Positions 34,534-43,049 of a DNA stretch of 53,260 nt are shown here, piece by piece (position 1 is the first letter of the stretch; every line of letters starts with the position of its first letter). Source of the DNA: a virus (Duplodnaviria; Caudoviricetes); IMG/VR virus record IMGVR_UViG_3300031983_000023, positions 1 to 53,260 of that record. One strand, 5' to 3'. The position numbers were made by a program, and so were the translations under genes. Below the pieces are notes generated by a model. That model was not told where the DNA came from. It worked only from the letters and a program-made list of their open reading frames with translations, and searched no databases.

Positions 34534-35135
34534 TCTCTCCTCCCGATTATTTCCCTCAGCCTTTCCGCCGCCCCCTCCCCGAAGTCGGTTTTCCCGGCGG
34601 CTATCATCTCCGCCGCCTTGAGCATCAGCCAGGCGTCGGCCACGTCCACGGAGGGGAACATCCTCCCATACTTCGCCCGGACCGCCGCCAGGTAGTCCCT
34701 CGTCCTCGTCTTTCTCACGTGCCGGAAGGCCTTGCCCATGGTCGCCGCCTTCCACGTGTTCTGTGCCAGCTCCACGAACGGGACCCCGCGCCTCCACAGG
34801 AGGTAGCGTATCGCCCCGCCGATCTCCCCCTGGGTCACCAGGTAGTTGCCCTTCGCCCCGTAGGCGTACTGCTCCACCACGGCGAAGCGCTTCTCCGGGT
34901 CGAGCCTGGAGATCTCCCCTCCCACGGCCGCCAGGATTTGCTGCACGGCCCTCCACTTTCCGGTCGAGCTCCCGGAAGCCACGGTCTGGTAGTACTCGAC
35001 CCCACGTATCCGGGTCACGATGCCGGTCGATCTCAGTGACGGGTCTATGGAGATCGCCTCCATAAAAAGCGGGGCGGGATTGTCCGCCCCTGCTTCCGCA
35101 AAGGGCGCCTCCATGACTTCCTCGCCCCACTCCAT
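34530..35135 (-). CDS. RuvC-like Holliday junction resolvase
   Basis: ISIDPSLRSTG, VVEQY, WKAATMG and DVADA catalytic motifs. Confidence 0.8.
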   Translation of the reverse strand: MEWGEEVMEAPFAEAGADNPAPLFMEAISIDPSLRSTGIVTRIRGVEYYQTVASGSSTGKWRAVQQILAAVGGEISRLDPEKRFAVVEQYAYGAKGNYLVTQGEIGGAIRYLLWRRGVPFVELAQNTWKAATMGKAFRHVRKTRTRDYLAAVRAKYGRMFPSVDVADAWLMLKAAEMIAAGKTDFGEGAAERLREIIGRRE

Positions 35136-35136
35136 G

Positions 35137-36618
35137 TTACTCTTCCTTCTCCCTCTTGGGGATCCGCACATCGAACTCCCCGGCCATCTTCTCGAGCACC
35201 TTCCACCGCTCCGTCTCCGCGGCCCTTCTGCCGAAAGACACTTCGCTCTCCTCGACTTCCAGGGCGGCCACGAGCAGGCACCTCACGATGAACGGCTTGA
35301 GCTCCTCCTCCGGAAGCCCCCGGATTTGCCTCAGCCCGGTCTCCGTCCAGCCCTCCCGGTAGTATTCGCCCTCTTTTTTCGGAGGCCTCTCCCATCCGTA
35401 CAGCCCGCATAGGTCCTTGCGGTAATTGTCCCACAGCCTGTCGAAGAACTGCAGCGCCAGGATCCTCTCGACCCCGTGGGTCAGGCCCGCCCTGGCCTTC
35501 TCCGCCGCCGCGTCGATGAGCTCCTTCCGGAAACCCTTCTCCCTGCTCACCAGCTTCCTCGTTTTCTTGGCCTTTTCCTTCTCCTCTTTTGTCGTGGCCG
35601 TCCCGGACCTCGCTCCTCTAATGATGCCCCAGGTCAAGCGCCCCCTGCGGGCGCCCTCCGTCACCAGGCACCGGACGGCGCCTTCGTCCTTTTTTTTGCA
35701 CTCGGTCCACTGGTAGACGTCAAGCACCCCTTCCGGCGTCTTTCCGGTGTGCCAACCCTCCGAGACCATTTTGTACTCCTCACCCTCGAGCTTCCGCTGT
35801 TGGGCCTCCACGAGGGCGTCCAGCTTCCCGTTGTAGCAGGCCGGGTCCGTGCAGAGGTCGTCCTTCCCGACGTCCGGAAAAAGCGCGGGCTGCGCCCCGG
35901 ACCTCTTGAGGCACTCGGCGCAGGTCCCCGCCTCCGGAACCAGCCCCGCGTCGTCCCTCTTGAACGGAGCGTCCCCCAGCCTGGTCAGCACGCTCTGGGC
36001 GATCATGTCCCGTAGTTCCTTCGCCGAGTACTCGCCGCCCCATCTCGTGTGATCCTTCATCTGTTTTAGGCAGGCGATCTGGTCCTCCGGCTGGAGCCCG
36101 CACAGCGCCAGGGCGTGCCCGATGTTCATCCCGCCGGCAGCGAATGTTTCCCTTGCCTCCGGCTCCAGGTCCAGCAGCCTGACCCTTCTCTGCACGTGCG
36201 AGACGGAGCAGCCGATCTCCCTCGCCGTCTCCTCCGCGTCCATGAGCTGCATGAGCTCCATAATTGCCACGGCCTCGTCCAGCGGATGGAGGTCCTCCCT
36301 CTGCACGTTCTCCACGATGCTCGCCGCCCTCGCCTCGTCGTCGCTCATTTGCATCACCGAGCAGGGCAGGTCCTTGAGCCCCACGATCTTGGCGGCCATG
36401 AACCGCCGGGCCCCGACCACTATCTCCCAGTCCTCCCCGTCGGGCCTCACCACGATGGGCTGCAGCACCCTGCCTACCGCCCTTATCGACGCGGCCAGAT
36501 CCTCGAGCTTCTCCGGGCTGGCCCCTATCGTCCTCCTGTTGTTCCTGGCCGGGTGCAAGCGCTTTATCGGCAGCATCCTCACGTCCGGGCCCTCTTTCGT
36601 CAATCCTTTTTCTTTCAT
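35137..36618 (-). CDS. ParB/RepB/Spo0J family protein
   Basis: LQPIVVRP..EIVVGARRFMAA, VENVQREDLHPLDEA, HTH, and a Cys-rich domain. Confidence 0.9.
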   Translation of the reverse strand: MKEKGLTKEGPDVRMLPIKRLHPARNNRRTIGASPEKLEDLAASIRAVGRVLQPIVVRPDGEDWEIVVGARRFMAAKIVGLKDLPCSVMQMSDDEARAASIVENVQREDLHPLDEAVAIMELMQLMDAEETAREIGCSVSHVQRRVRLLDLEPEARETFAAGGMNIGHALALCGLQPEDQIACLKQMKDHTRWGGEYSAKELRDMIAQSVLTRLGDAPFKRDDAGLVPEAGTCAECLKRSGAQPALFPDVGKDDLCTDPACYNGKLDALVEAQQRKLEGEEYKMVSEGWHTGKTPEGVLDVYQWTECKKKDEGAVRCLVTEGARRGRLTWGIIRGARSGTATTKEEKEKAKKTRKLVSREKGFRKELIDAAAEKARAGLTHGVERILALQFFDRLWDNYRKDLCGLYGWERPPKKEGEYYREGWTETGLRQIRGLPEEELKPFIVRCLLVAALEVEESEVSFGRRAAETERWKVLEKMAGEFDVRIPKREKEE

Positions 36619-36630
36619 GCTCTCCTCCTG

Positions 36631-37104
36631 CTAAAATGGTATGTCGTCATCGAAGTCGTCCGCCCCCGGAGTTCCCACTGCCCCCGGAGCCCCTTCGCCG
36701 TTCTTGAAGGCGTCCTTCCCCGGAGGGGCCTGCTGCTCCTCCTGTCCGCCTTCCCGCTTTCCCTGGCCTCCGCCGTTCTGCTTCGACCCGAGGTCCAGCT
36801 CGTCGACCCTGATCTCGACCTTGCTCCTGGGCTGGCCGTCCTGCTCCCAGCGGTTCTGCGTCAGCCTCCCCTGGACGGTCACCTTCTTTCCCTTGGTCAG
36901 GTACGGCGAAACCCCCTCGGCCCTCCTGCCGAACATCACGCAGTTGAAAAAGTGCACCGTCTGGTCGTAGCCCTCCCCGTCCTGGGCCTTCCTGTACTCG
37001 TTCCACGCGATCGAAAAAGTGGCTATTGCCGTCCCCTTGGCCGAGTACTTCACCTCCGCGTCGCGGGTGAGGTTCCCGCAGATCGCAACCGTGTTTACCG
37101 CCAT
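36631..37104 (-). CDS. ssb: Single-stranded DNA-binding protein
   Basis: GNLTRDAEVKY...KGKKVTVQGRL; C-terminal DDDIPF. Confidence 0.95.
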   Translation of the reverse strand: MAVNTVAICGNLTRDAEVKYSAKGTAIATFSIAWNEYRKAQDGEGYDQTVHFFNCVMFGRRAEGVSPYLTKGKKVTVQGRLTQNRWEQDGQPRSKVEIRVDELDLGSKQNGGGQGKREGGQEEQQAPPGKDAFKNGEGAPGAVGTPGADDFDDDIPF

Positions 37105-37160
37105 GGCTCTCTCCTCTCTTCCCTAAAACCGCGGGGGGCATTCGGGCCCCCCTGCTCCAG

Positions 37161-37463
37161 TCAAACGGCCTCCTCCGCCTGCTTCCCCTCGCCGTCCCCC
37201 TTCAGGCCTTCCTCCACGCAGTTGGGGCAGTGGATCTCCTGGTCTTCCGGGACGAACACGCCGTGGCATATCACGCAGCGCCGCGTCCCGTCCTCCAGCT
37301 CCAGCTGCAGCCCCTCAAGCTCCACCCGCACCGGCTCGTTCAGAAGGTCGAAAAGGGTCCCCACCAGGTCGCGGTCGGCCCGCGCCTCTATGGTCACCTC
37401 GACGACCTTTCCCTTGGCAACCTTCGGCCTCAGGGCCTTGAGCTCCCCCTCGAACTGTATCAT
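37161..37463 (-). CDS. Hypothetical protein with C-terminal Zn ribbon
   Basis: Start MIQFEGEL at 37463, GAGGAGGG RBS. Confidence 0.55.
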   Translation of the reverse strand: MIQFEGELKALRPKVAKGKVVEVTIEARADRDLVGTLFDLLNEPVRVELEGLQLELEDGTRRCVICHGVFVPEDQEIHCPNCVEEGLKGDGEGKQAEEAV

Positions 37464-38023
37464 GTTTCCCTCCTCGCGGCCCGAAGGCCGCATGATTTCA
37501 TGTGCATGGGAAGCACCGCCTGGCACTCCGGGCAGTACCTCGCCATCCTTCTCTCCCCCAAGGACGGGCAAAAGAACAGGTGCCCCCCGGAGCACCCGCA
37601 GGACTCGCAGAATTTTTTCCGCCTCTTGCCCCTTTCGCTGCTCGGGCCCTTTCTTGCGTCCAGGGAGGACGGGTATATCATCCCGCAGGACGTGCATCTC
37701 TCCGGGTTGCCGCCACCCACGAACCACTCCCTGTGAAGGGAGCGGTGGCAGTACGGGCAGTGCGGGAAGCAGCTGCAGGCCGGCTCGAAGTAGTGGAACT
37801 TGGCGAAGCGGTTCTCCGCGTCCGTCTGCTTCCATTCCTTCCCGCACAGCGGGCACGGCCCCCCTTCCTTCTCCTTTCTCTTGATATCGACCAGCTCCTC
37901 GGAAACGCCGACCGCCCGGTCCGCCTCCATCTCCGTCTCGATCAGGTCCTCTATGTCCTCCCTGGAAATGAACTTTTTCTGGAGGAACTTTAGCATGACG
38001 TCCCTACCAGTCTGCACGGCCAT
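37460..38023 (-). CDS. Cys-rich protein downstream of the initiator (possible loader/accessory)
   Basis: Multiple CxxC motifs. Confidence 0.5.
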   Translation of the reverse strand: MAVQTGRDVMLKFLQKKFISREDIEDLIETEMEADRAVGVSEELVDIKRKEKEGGPCPLCGKEWKQTDAENRFAKFHYFEPACSCFPHCPYCHRSLHREWFVGGGNPERCTSCGMIYPSSLDARKGPSSERGKRRKKFCESCGCSGGHLFFCPSLGERRMARYCPECQAVLPMHMKSCGLRAARRET

Positions 38024-38825
38024 GTATCTCCTCTCTCCTCATGTACTCCAGCATCCCGCCCAGGCAGCCGTGGAAAACGCCGTACTCGTAGCCCGCGTCG
38101 GCGGCGAAGTCCTGGGTCTTTCTGTGGTCCCCGTCGAAGAACACCTCCATGGCGACCCGGAGATACCTGTCGTCCCCGTGAACCCTCGCCAGGTCCTTCT
38201 TGAGAAGGCCGGTTTCCTTCGCCCCCCAGCCCGGGCTTTTCGTGTCCTTGAAGTGAGCCCGGAACAGCTCAAAGAAGTGATCTGTACAGTGTCTGAATCC
38301 CGGAATCATTCCCTTCTTTTCGGCCCCGGCCGAAGGTCGGGAACTCTTGTTAGATGGTTCTAGTTCATTGGGTATAGTTTGTGTCAAGCCAGTAGACGGG
38401 GGGAGGGGTGTTGGTTGGACTACCCCCCCCTCGGCAGGTAGACTATCCTCCCCCTTGCTATTATACCGGCCCGTCCTTGAAGCCTTGTAAACGAAGTAAA
38501 AATTGCTCGTGGTGGCTCCGTCGGCTTTGATCCTTTTCTGTTTGTCGATCCAGCCGGTACAGACAAGTATCTGGGTCGCGTCGATGACAGCCTGCCTTGA
38601 ATACCTCGCGAGCCTCGCCAGCCTGGCTATGCTCGGAAAGGCTCCCCTGCCATGCTTGTCGGAGTGCCTGGCTATGGCCCAGTACACTGCCAGCTCCCGC
38701 CTGCCCAGCCGCTTGTCATCCTGCAGCTCGTCGGGAAGAATGGTGAAGTGGAAATCCGAACCCAGCCCGTCACCCTTTCGCGGCGACTCGTCCTCCTTTT
38801 TGACGGTTTTCTTTTCCTCGATCAT
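38004..38825 (-). CDS. Replication initiator, HTH domain (lambda O / HTH_36-like)
   Basis: FTILPDEL..ELAVYWAIARHSD..AFPSIARLARLA..SRQAVIDA..L...GWI, followed by a low-complexity linker. Confidence 0.8.
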   Translation of the reverse strand: MIEEKKTVKKEDESPRKGDGLGSDFHFTILPDELQDDKRLGRRELAVYWAIARHSDKHGRGAFPSIARLARLARYSRQAVIDATQILVCTGWIDKQKRIKADGATTSNFYFVYKASRTGRYNSKGEDSLPAEGGVVQPTPLPPSTGLTQTIPNELEPSNKSSRPSAGAEKKGMIPGFRHCTDHFFELFRAHFKDTKSPGWGAKETGLLKKDLARVHGDDRYLRVAMEVFFDGDHRKTQDFAADAGYEYGVFHGCLGGMLEYMRREEIHGRADW

Positions 38826-38842
38826 GCTCTCCTCCTGTGCGC

Positions 38843-38910
38843 AAAAAAGGGAACCCCCCCGCGGCCCGGAAACCTGCTACGGAATTGAGCGCGGCGGGAT
38901 GAGTTCCCTT
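38843..38910 (-). terminator. Bidirectional terminator/attenuator in the initiator leader
   Basis: AAGGGAAC...GTTCCCTT stem flanked by T-tracts on both strands. Confidence 0.6.
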
Positions 38911-38952
38911 ACTTTTTTTGTTTGTTTTTCCGTAGCATTACAGCACATCATA

Positions 38953-39579
38953 TCACAGATCGGAAATCGGGACAACCGCCCATAGATATCCCGGCCTGGG
39001 AAGCATCCCTGCCAGTGCCGTCTCCGGGTCCACCACCAGCTCGAAGTGCAGGTGCGGCCCCGTGGCGACTCCCGTGGATCCCACCAGGCCGATCGGCTCA
39101 CCCGCCTCCACCCAGTCGCCTTCGCGGACGAACGTCTCGGACAGGTGGCCGTACAGCGAGGCCCGCAGCAGCACGCCGTCGTGTTCGATCGTTATGTAGC
39201 CGCCGAACGTCGGGTGCCCGCGGTAGTATCCGTCCGGAGGCGGCCAGTGCTCGGCGACCTTCCCGGCGAGGGTCGCCATGACCGGCTCCCCCTCCTCGCC
39301 CGCCAGGTCCGTGCCCTTGTGCAGGTCTTCCGTTCCGCCGCCCATGGGGTCCATGCGGTAGCCGCAGCCGGAGCTCACTCTGTAGCCGGCCAGCGGCGGG
39401 AAGAGAACCACGGCCTCCTCCTCGATCGCGACTTTTTTCCTTATGAAGTCCTGCAGCCCGGAGATCTCCCGCTCCTGGCGCTCTATGGTTTTCGCCTCCC
39501 TGCCGTGGAACCAAAACACGGCCCCCAGGCAGGCCACCAGCATCACGGCCAGCACCATCGCACAGGTTTCGTTTTTCAT
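38953..39579 (-). CDS. M23 family metallopeptidase with N-terminal membrane anchor
   Basis: HKGTD (HxxxD), LYGHL and TGPHLHFE motifs. Confidence 0.9.
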   Translation of the reverse strand: MKNETCAMVLAVMLVACLGAVFWFHGREAKTIERQEREISGLQDFIRKKVAIEEEAVVLFPPLAGYRVSSGCGYRMDPMGGGTEDLHKGTDLAGEEGEPVMATLAGKVAEHWPPPDGYYRGHPTFGGYITIEHDGVLLRASLYGHLSETFVREGDWVEAGEPIGLVGSTGVATGPHLHFELVVDPETALAGMLPRPGYLWAVVPISDL

Positions 39580-39594
39580 GCTTGCCCCCTTCAC

Positions 39595-39623
39595 AAAAAA
39601 TGCCGGGGGTTTCATCCCCCGGT
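39595..39623 (-). terminator. Intrinsic terminator after the ATPase gene
   Basis: CCGGGGG-ATGAAA-CCCCCGG then CATTTTTT on the minus strand. Confidence 0.7.
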
Positions 39624-39629
39624 AAGATT

Positions 39630-41003
39630 TTACAGCTCCGTCTGAAGGCGGTCTATCCTCTCCGCCTTCGTTTCCACGTGCTCGAACTTGCTCACCACCG
39701 AGCCGGCCCGCATCACGATGCAGTCCTCCCCGGGCCTCTCCCCTACGTGCTCGACGAGAATCTGGTAGCCGAACTTCTGGGACAGGTCCCGGACCACGGC
39801 GTAGCTCTCGTCGTCCAGCATGCTCCCCTCGCGGATGAACATGATCCGGAAGTCGGGCCGCAGCTCCATGCCTATGCGGGCGCTGATCCGCAGCTTCTCG
39901 GCGTCGGACTTCTGGCTGAACGGGATGTCGTCTATCAGGAGCCCCAGGTCGTCGCTGAACTCCGCGTTCTTGAACGGGAGCTCGGACTCCTCGATCATCC
40001 TGGCGCACTCGGTCCGGAGGGCCCCTATCTTCTTGGTCAGCTTCTCGCTCTCCAGGACCTTGCTCTTCTGCTCCTCCAGGGCCTCGGAGTACTCCTTGTA
40101 CTTCTGCGCCTTCTCGTTCTGGCGCCCCGCGTCGTCTATCATGGCGTCGAGCTGCTCCGTGGGCCTCCGCTTCTCCGGAATCGGGAGGGCTTTCAGCTCC
40201 TCCTCCAGCTTCCCGAAAGTTTCCGTGAACTCCTCAAGCTCTTTTTCCAGGGCGGCGATCCTTCTTCGCACTTCCTTCGCGTCCTCGTTTACGTCGGACT
40301 TGTCGCGGGTCTTGTCGTCTATCTTCCGCTGCCTCCTGTCCTGCTCGGAGTTGAACTCCTCCACCTCCCTGCGCTCGCTGTTAATCGCTGTTATGTCGGT
40401 GAAATCGGCCGGTTCACAGACGAGCCTCTGCGCGGATCCCTGGGCCCGCTTGAGCTCACGGTTAACCAGGGTCCGCTCCTGGAACAGGTCGACCGCCTTC
40501 GCCTCCACCTTCGCGGTGTCGATCCCCGCCAGGCTTTTCACCACCTCGACCTGCTCCTTCGGATTCTTGCGGGCGAACGCCAACGGGTCCATGGTGAGCT
40601 CGCTCACCAGGTTGTCGAGGAACTCCTGCCCGAGCTTCTCGCCCTTCGTGTCCTGTATCACCAGGGAGCCCCCGGTCTCGATGGAACCGTCCTCCCGCGT
40701 TATCTTGGTGATGGACCGCTTGACCTCGATCTCCCTCTCGGCGCTGCCGATCAGGGCCTTCATAAGGGCCTTGTTCTCGCCCTTCTTGATGACCGCCCAG
40801 GCGTGCTTTCCCCCGAAGTGCTTCCGGCCTATCAGGGCGCCGAACAGCCCGTCCACGACCGTGGTCTTGGCCGCCCCGTTTTCCCCGTTAATCTCCACGA
40901 ACTTCTTGTTCCGGAAGTCCACCTCCACGATCTCCACGTTGCGGAGGTTCTGGATTTTCAGGGCGAGGACGTGGTACCTTTTCTCCTCTTGCTTCTTTGC
41001 CAT
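39630..41003 (-). CDS. SbcC/SMC-like coiled-coil ATPase
   Basis: GENGAAKTT Walker A, long coiled coil, SDAEK signature-like motif, IREGSMLD. Confidence 0.85.
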   Translation of the reverse strand: MAKKQEEKRYHVLALKIQNLRNVEIVEVDFRNKKFVEINGENGAAKTTVVDGLFGALIGRKHFGGKHAWAVIKKGENKALMKALIGSAEREIEVKRSITKITREDGSIETGGSLVIQDTKGEKLGQEFLDNLVSELTMDPLAFARKNPKEQVEVVKSLAGIDTAKVEAKAVDLFQERTLVNRELKRAQGSAQRLVCEPADFTDITAINSERREVEEFNSEQDRRQRKIDDKTRDKSDVNEDAKEVRRRIAALEKELEEFTETFGKLEEELKALPIPEKRRPTEQLDAMIDDAGRQNEKAQKYKEYSEALEEQKSKVLESEKLTKKIGALRTECARMIEESELPFKNAEFSDDLGLLIDDIPFSQKSDAEKLRISARIGMELRPDFRIMFIREGSMLDDESYAVVRDLSQKFGYQILVEHVGERPGEDCIVMRAGSVVSKFEHVETKAERIDRLQTEL

Positions 41004-41025
41004 GTTGCTCTCCTCTCTTCTTTGC

Positions 41026-41301
41026 TCAGCCCCCGGCCTTCGCCGGAGTGGGGGAGATGACGAGCTCCCCCTTCTCGTTCATGTGTTCGTACACCTTGTC
41101 GCCTATTTCGAGGCCGTTGTAGACCAGGAATGTGGCAGGGACCGATACCTTCGCTCCCTCCTTTCCGGACCTCTGGATGGTGTACGGCTTTCCGCCCCTC
41201 AGCGGAATTGGCCTGGCTCTTTCTTTTTCCATTTCATCCTCCGGTGTACCCATTACGGTTCTATACAATTCTCGGTCCATGCCGTCCACTTTGTCGTTCA
41301 T
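41026..41301 (-). CDS. AbrB/MazE-like DNA-binding protein
   Basis: VSVPATF...GLEIGDKV...GELVISP swapped-hairpin pattern. Confidence 0.6.
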   Translation of the reverse strand: MNDKVDGMDRELYRTVMGTPEDEMEKERARPIPLRGGKPYTIQRSGKEGAKVSVPATFLVYNGLEIGDKVYEHMNEKGELVISPTPAKAGG

Positions 41302-41501
41302 GTCACCCTCCTGTTTATCGACTTGTAGTAGACCTCGTTCAGCTTAATCGACTGCTGCATCCTGAGATCCTGCCCCCTCGCCCTCCAGCGCCGAACGGAG
41401 GCAAGGAACTGCCGCTCCCACGAGCTCAGCAGCTCCTCGCTCTCGCTGGCGATCCTGATTCTCTCGTCCCAGGACCTCCGGGTCTCCTCGCTGAGCGGCA
41501 T
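41298..41501 (-). CDS. Hypothetical protein
   Basis: LSSWERQFLASV motif common in small phage proteins; coupled to neighbours. Confidence 0.55.
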   Translation of the reverse strand: MPLSEETRRSWDERIRIASESEELLSSWERQFLASVRRWRARGQDLRMQQSIKLNEVYYKSINRRVT

Positions 41502-42397
41502 CAGAACTCCGACAGCTGCACGTCCTCGAGGTAGGGATTGCCGCCGGTAAAGGCGCATTCCTTCGCCACGGGACAGTAGCCGCCCTTGCACTTGGCCCCG
41601 TCCCAGCACTCCTTGTCGGTGCACATGGGAGGCATGCCCCCGGCGGTAGCCTCTTCCGGGGTTAGCTCCTCTTTGTCCACGTGAAGCGACCGTTTGACGA
41701 GGTGCTCGAGCAGCTCCTTTCTCTTGCGGTCGAAGTACCCGTTCACCTTCTCGTCGTCCATGAACGGGACGTCCAGGTAATAGGTCTTTTGGTCCACCCC
41801 CCTGGTGCGGGCGATCTGCAAGCCCCCGTCCCTTACCACGACGAAGCACTTCATTCTCTTGACCTCGAGCCCCGCCTTCTCGGCGTACATCCGGTAGCGG
41901 TTCATCTGGAGCTCCAGGTCCTTGAGGTCTGCCCGGTCGGGATCCCTGCTGTACACGGCGTCCTTGCCCTTGCCCTCCTTGATGATTCCCAGGGCCTTGA
42001 CCACCGCATAGGAGCCCCAGGTCTTGTAGTCGATGAGCGTGCCGTCCTCCTCGAGCATGTCCAGGGTCCCGGCGACGTCCTCGTCCGGGAACGCCCTCTC
42101 GGCCTCGTCCAGCGCCCCGGCGTGGTTTGCCAGGAGCACGTGCGCCGAGGAGCCGACCACCAGAAAGGCTCCGCCGTCCGGGTCCTCTGCGTAGTCGACC
42201 AGCATCCGGAGGTAGTTCTCCCTCGTCCCCCGGAGCAGCTGCGTGACGTGCAGCTTGGAGCCCGGCTTCTCCTCGAGCTTCCTCTCCCCGGCCACGGTCC
42301 GCAGGTACGCCCCCGGATACTTGAACGAGAGCGCCCCCCCCATGGCGTCCTTGACAGGGATCAGCTCCCCGCCAACCTTGAAGTGTGTTAATGGCAT
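41501..42397 (-). CDS. Cas4-like PD-(D/E)XK exonuclease
   Basis: GTLD...LIDYKT, LQMNRY, C-terminal Cys cluster. Confidence 0.8.
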   Translation of the reverse strand: MPLTHFKVGGELIPVKDAMGGALSFKYPGAYLRTVAGERKLEEKPGSKLHVTQLLRGTRENYLRMLVDYAEDPDGGAFLVVGSSAHVLLANHAGALDEAERAFPDEDVAGTLDMLEEDGTLIDYKTWGSYAVVKALGIIKEGKGKDAVYSRDPDRADLKDLELQMNRYRMYAEKAGLEVKRMKCFVVVRDGGLQIARTRGVDQKTYYLDVPFMDDEKVNGYFDRKRKELLEHLVKRSLHVDKEELTPEEATAGGMPPMCTDKECWDGAKCKGGYCPVAKECAFTGGNPYLEDVQLSEF

Positions 42398-42566
42398 CTT
42401 CCAGCCCTCCTCTATATTTTTTTGCGGCGCCAGGGCCCCCTCGAGCCTGACACGGCCTCCAGAGCCGCTTTCTGCCTTTGTCGCATGTCCTCCATTTCAA
42501 AAAATGCCTCGTCCCAGTTCATCGCCCTCCAGGGCATCAGGTCCGGCTCGGTCACGACGTATATCT

Positions 42567-42842
42567 TCATCGCGGGCCCCCGTACTTTTCGATGGGCACC
42601 CAGATCGAGCGCGGCCGGCGCACGAAAAACGCCCATTCCTTCCGCCACATGTCGAAGGCCACTCTCTCGAACTGCTTCGGGGCGCCGAGCGTCCAGCCGT
42701 CGTTTCGCAAGAAAATAATGTCGGAGACGATGTTGTACTCGTATCTCGCGCGCTTGCTGCCGACGCCCAGTCCCTCCGCGTCCACTATAACCCGCATGGG
42801 CCAAAATCCCGGCTTCAATACCGGCATGTCCTTTGCGTCCAT
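42567..42842 (-). CDS. Hypothetical protein
   Basis: 91 aa with GAGAGGAGAGC RBS. Confidence 0.55.
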   Translation of the reverse strand: MDAKDMPVLKPGFWPMRVIVDAEGLGVGSKRARYEYNIVSDIIFLRNDGWTLGAPKQFERVAFDMWRKEWAFFVRRPRSIWVPIEKYGGPR

Positions 42843-43049
42843 TTGCTTGCTCTCCTCTCGTTCAGGACCAGGTCGTGAGCACGCCCTTTTCCACGGCCTC
42901 GCCCATGGCTTTGACCAGGGCGAGCGTTTCTATCGCCCTGTTGAAAATATCCTTCTCCCCGCCATCCAGCCTGAAATAAAATGCCATCTTTTTACATATC
43001 TGGAAAATCACCGCACCTCTGCCCCCTTCTATCATGTACTTGACCAGGA

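Noticed and set aside
37130-37156. GC hairpin upstream of ssb as a terminator
   Set aside because: The stem is present but has no adjacent U-tract; at most a processing or stability hairpin.
41501-42397. Cas4 as part of a CRISPR or TIGR adaptation module
   Set aside because: It sits in an ordinary phage recombination cluster far from the array, and solo Cas4-like nucleases are common in phages.
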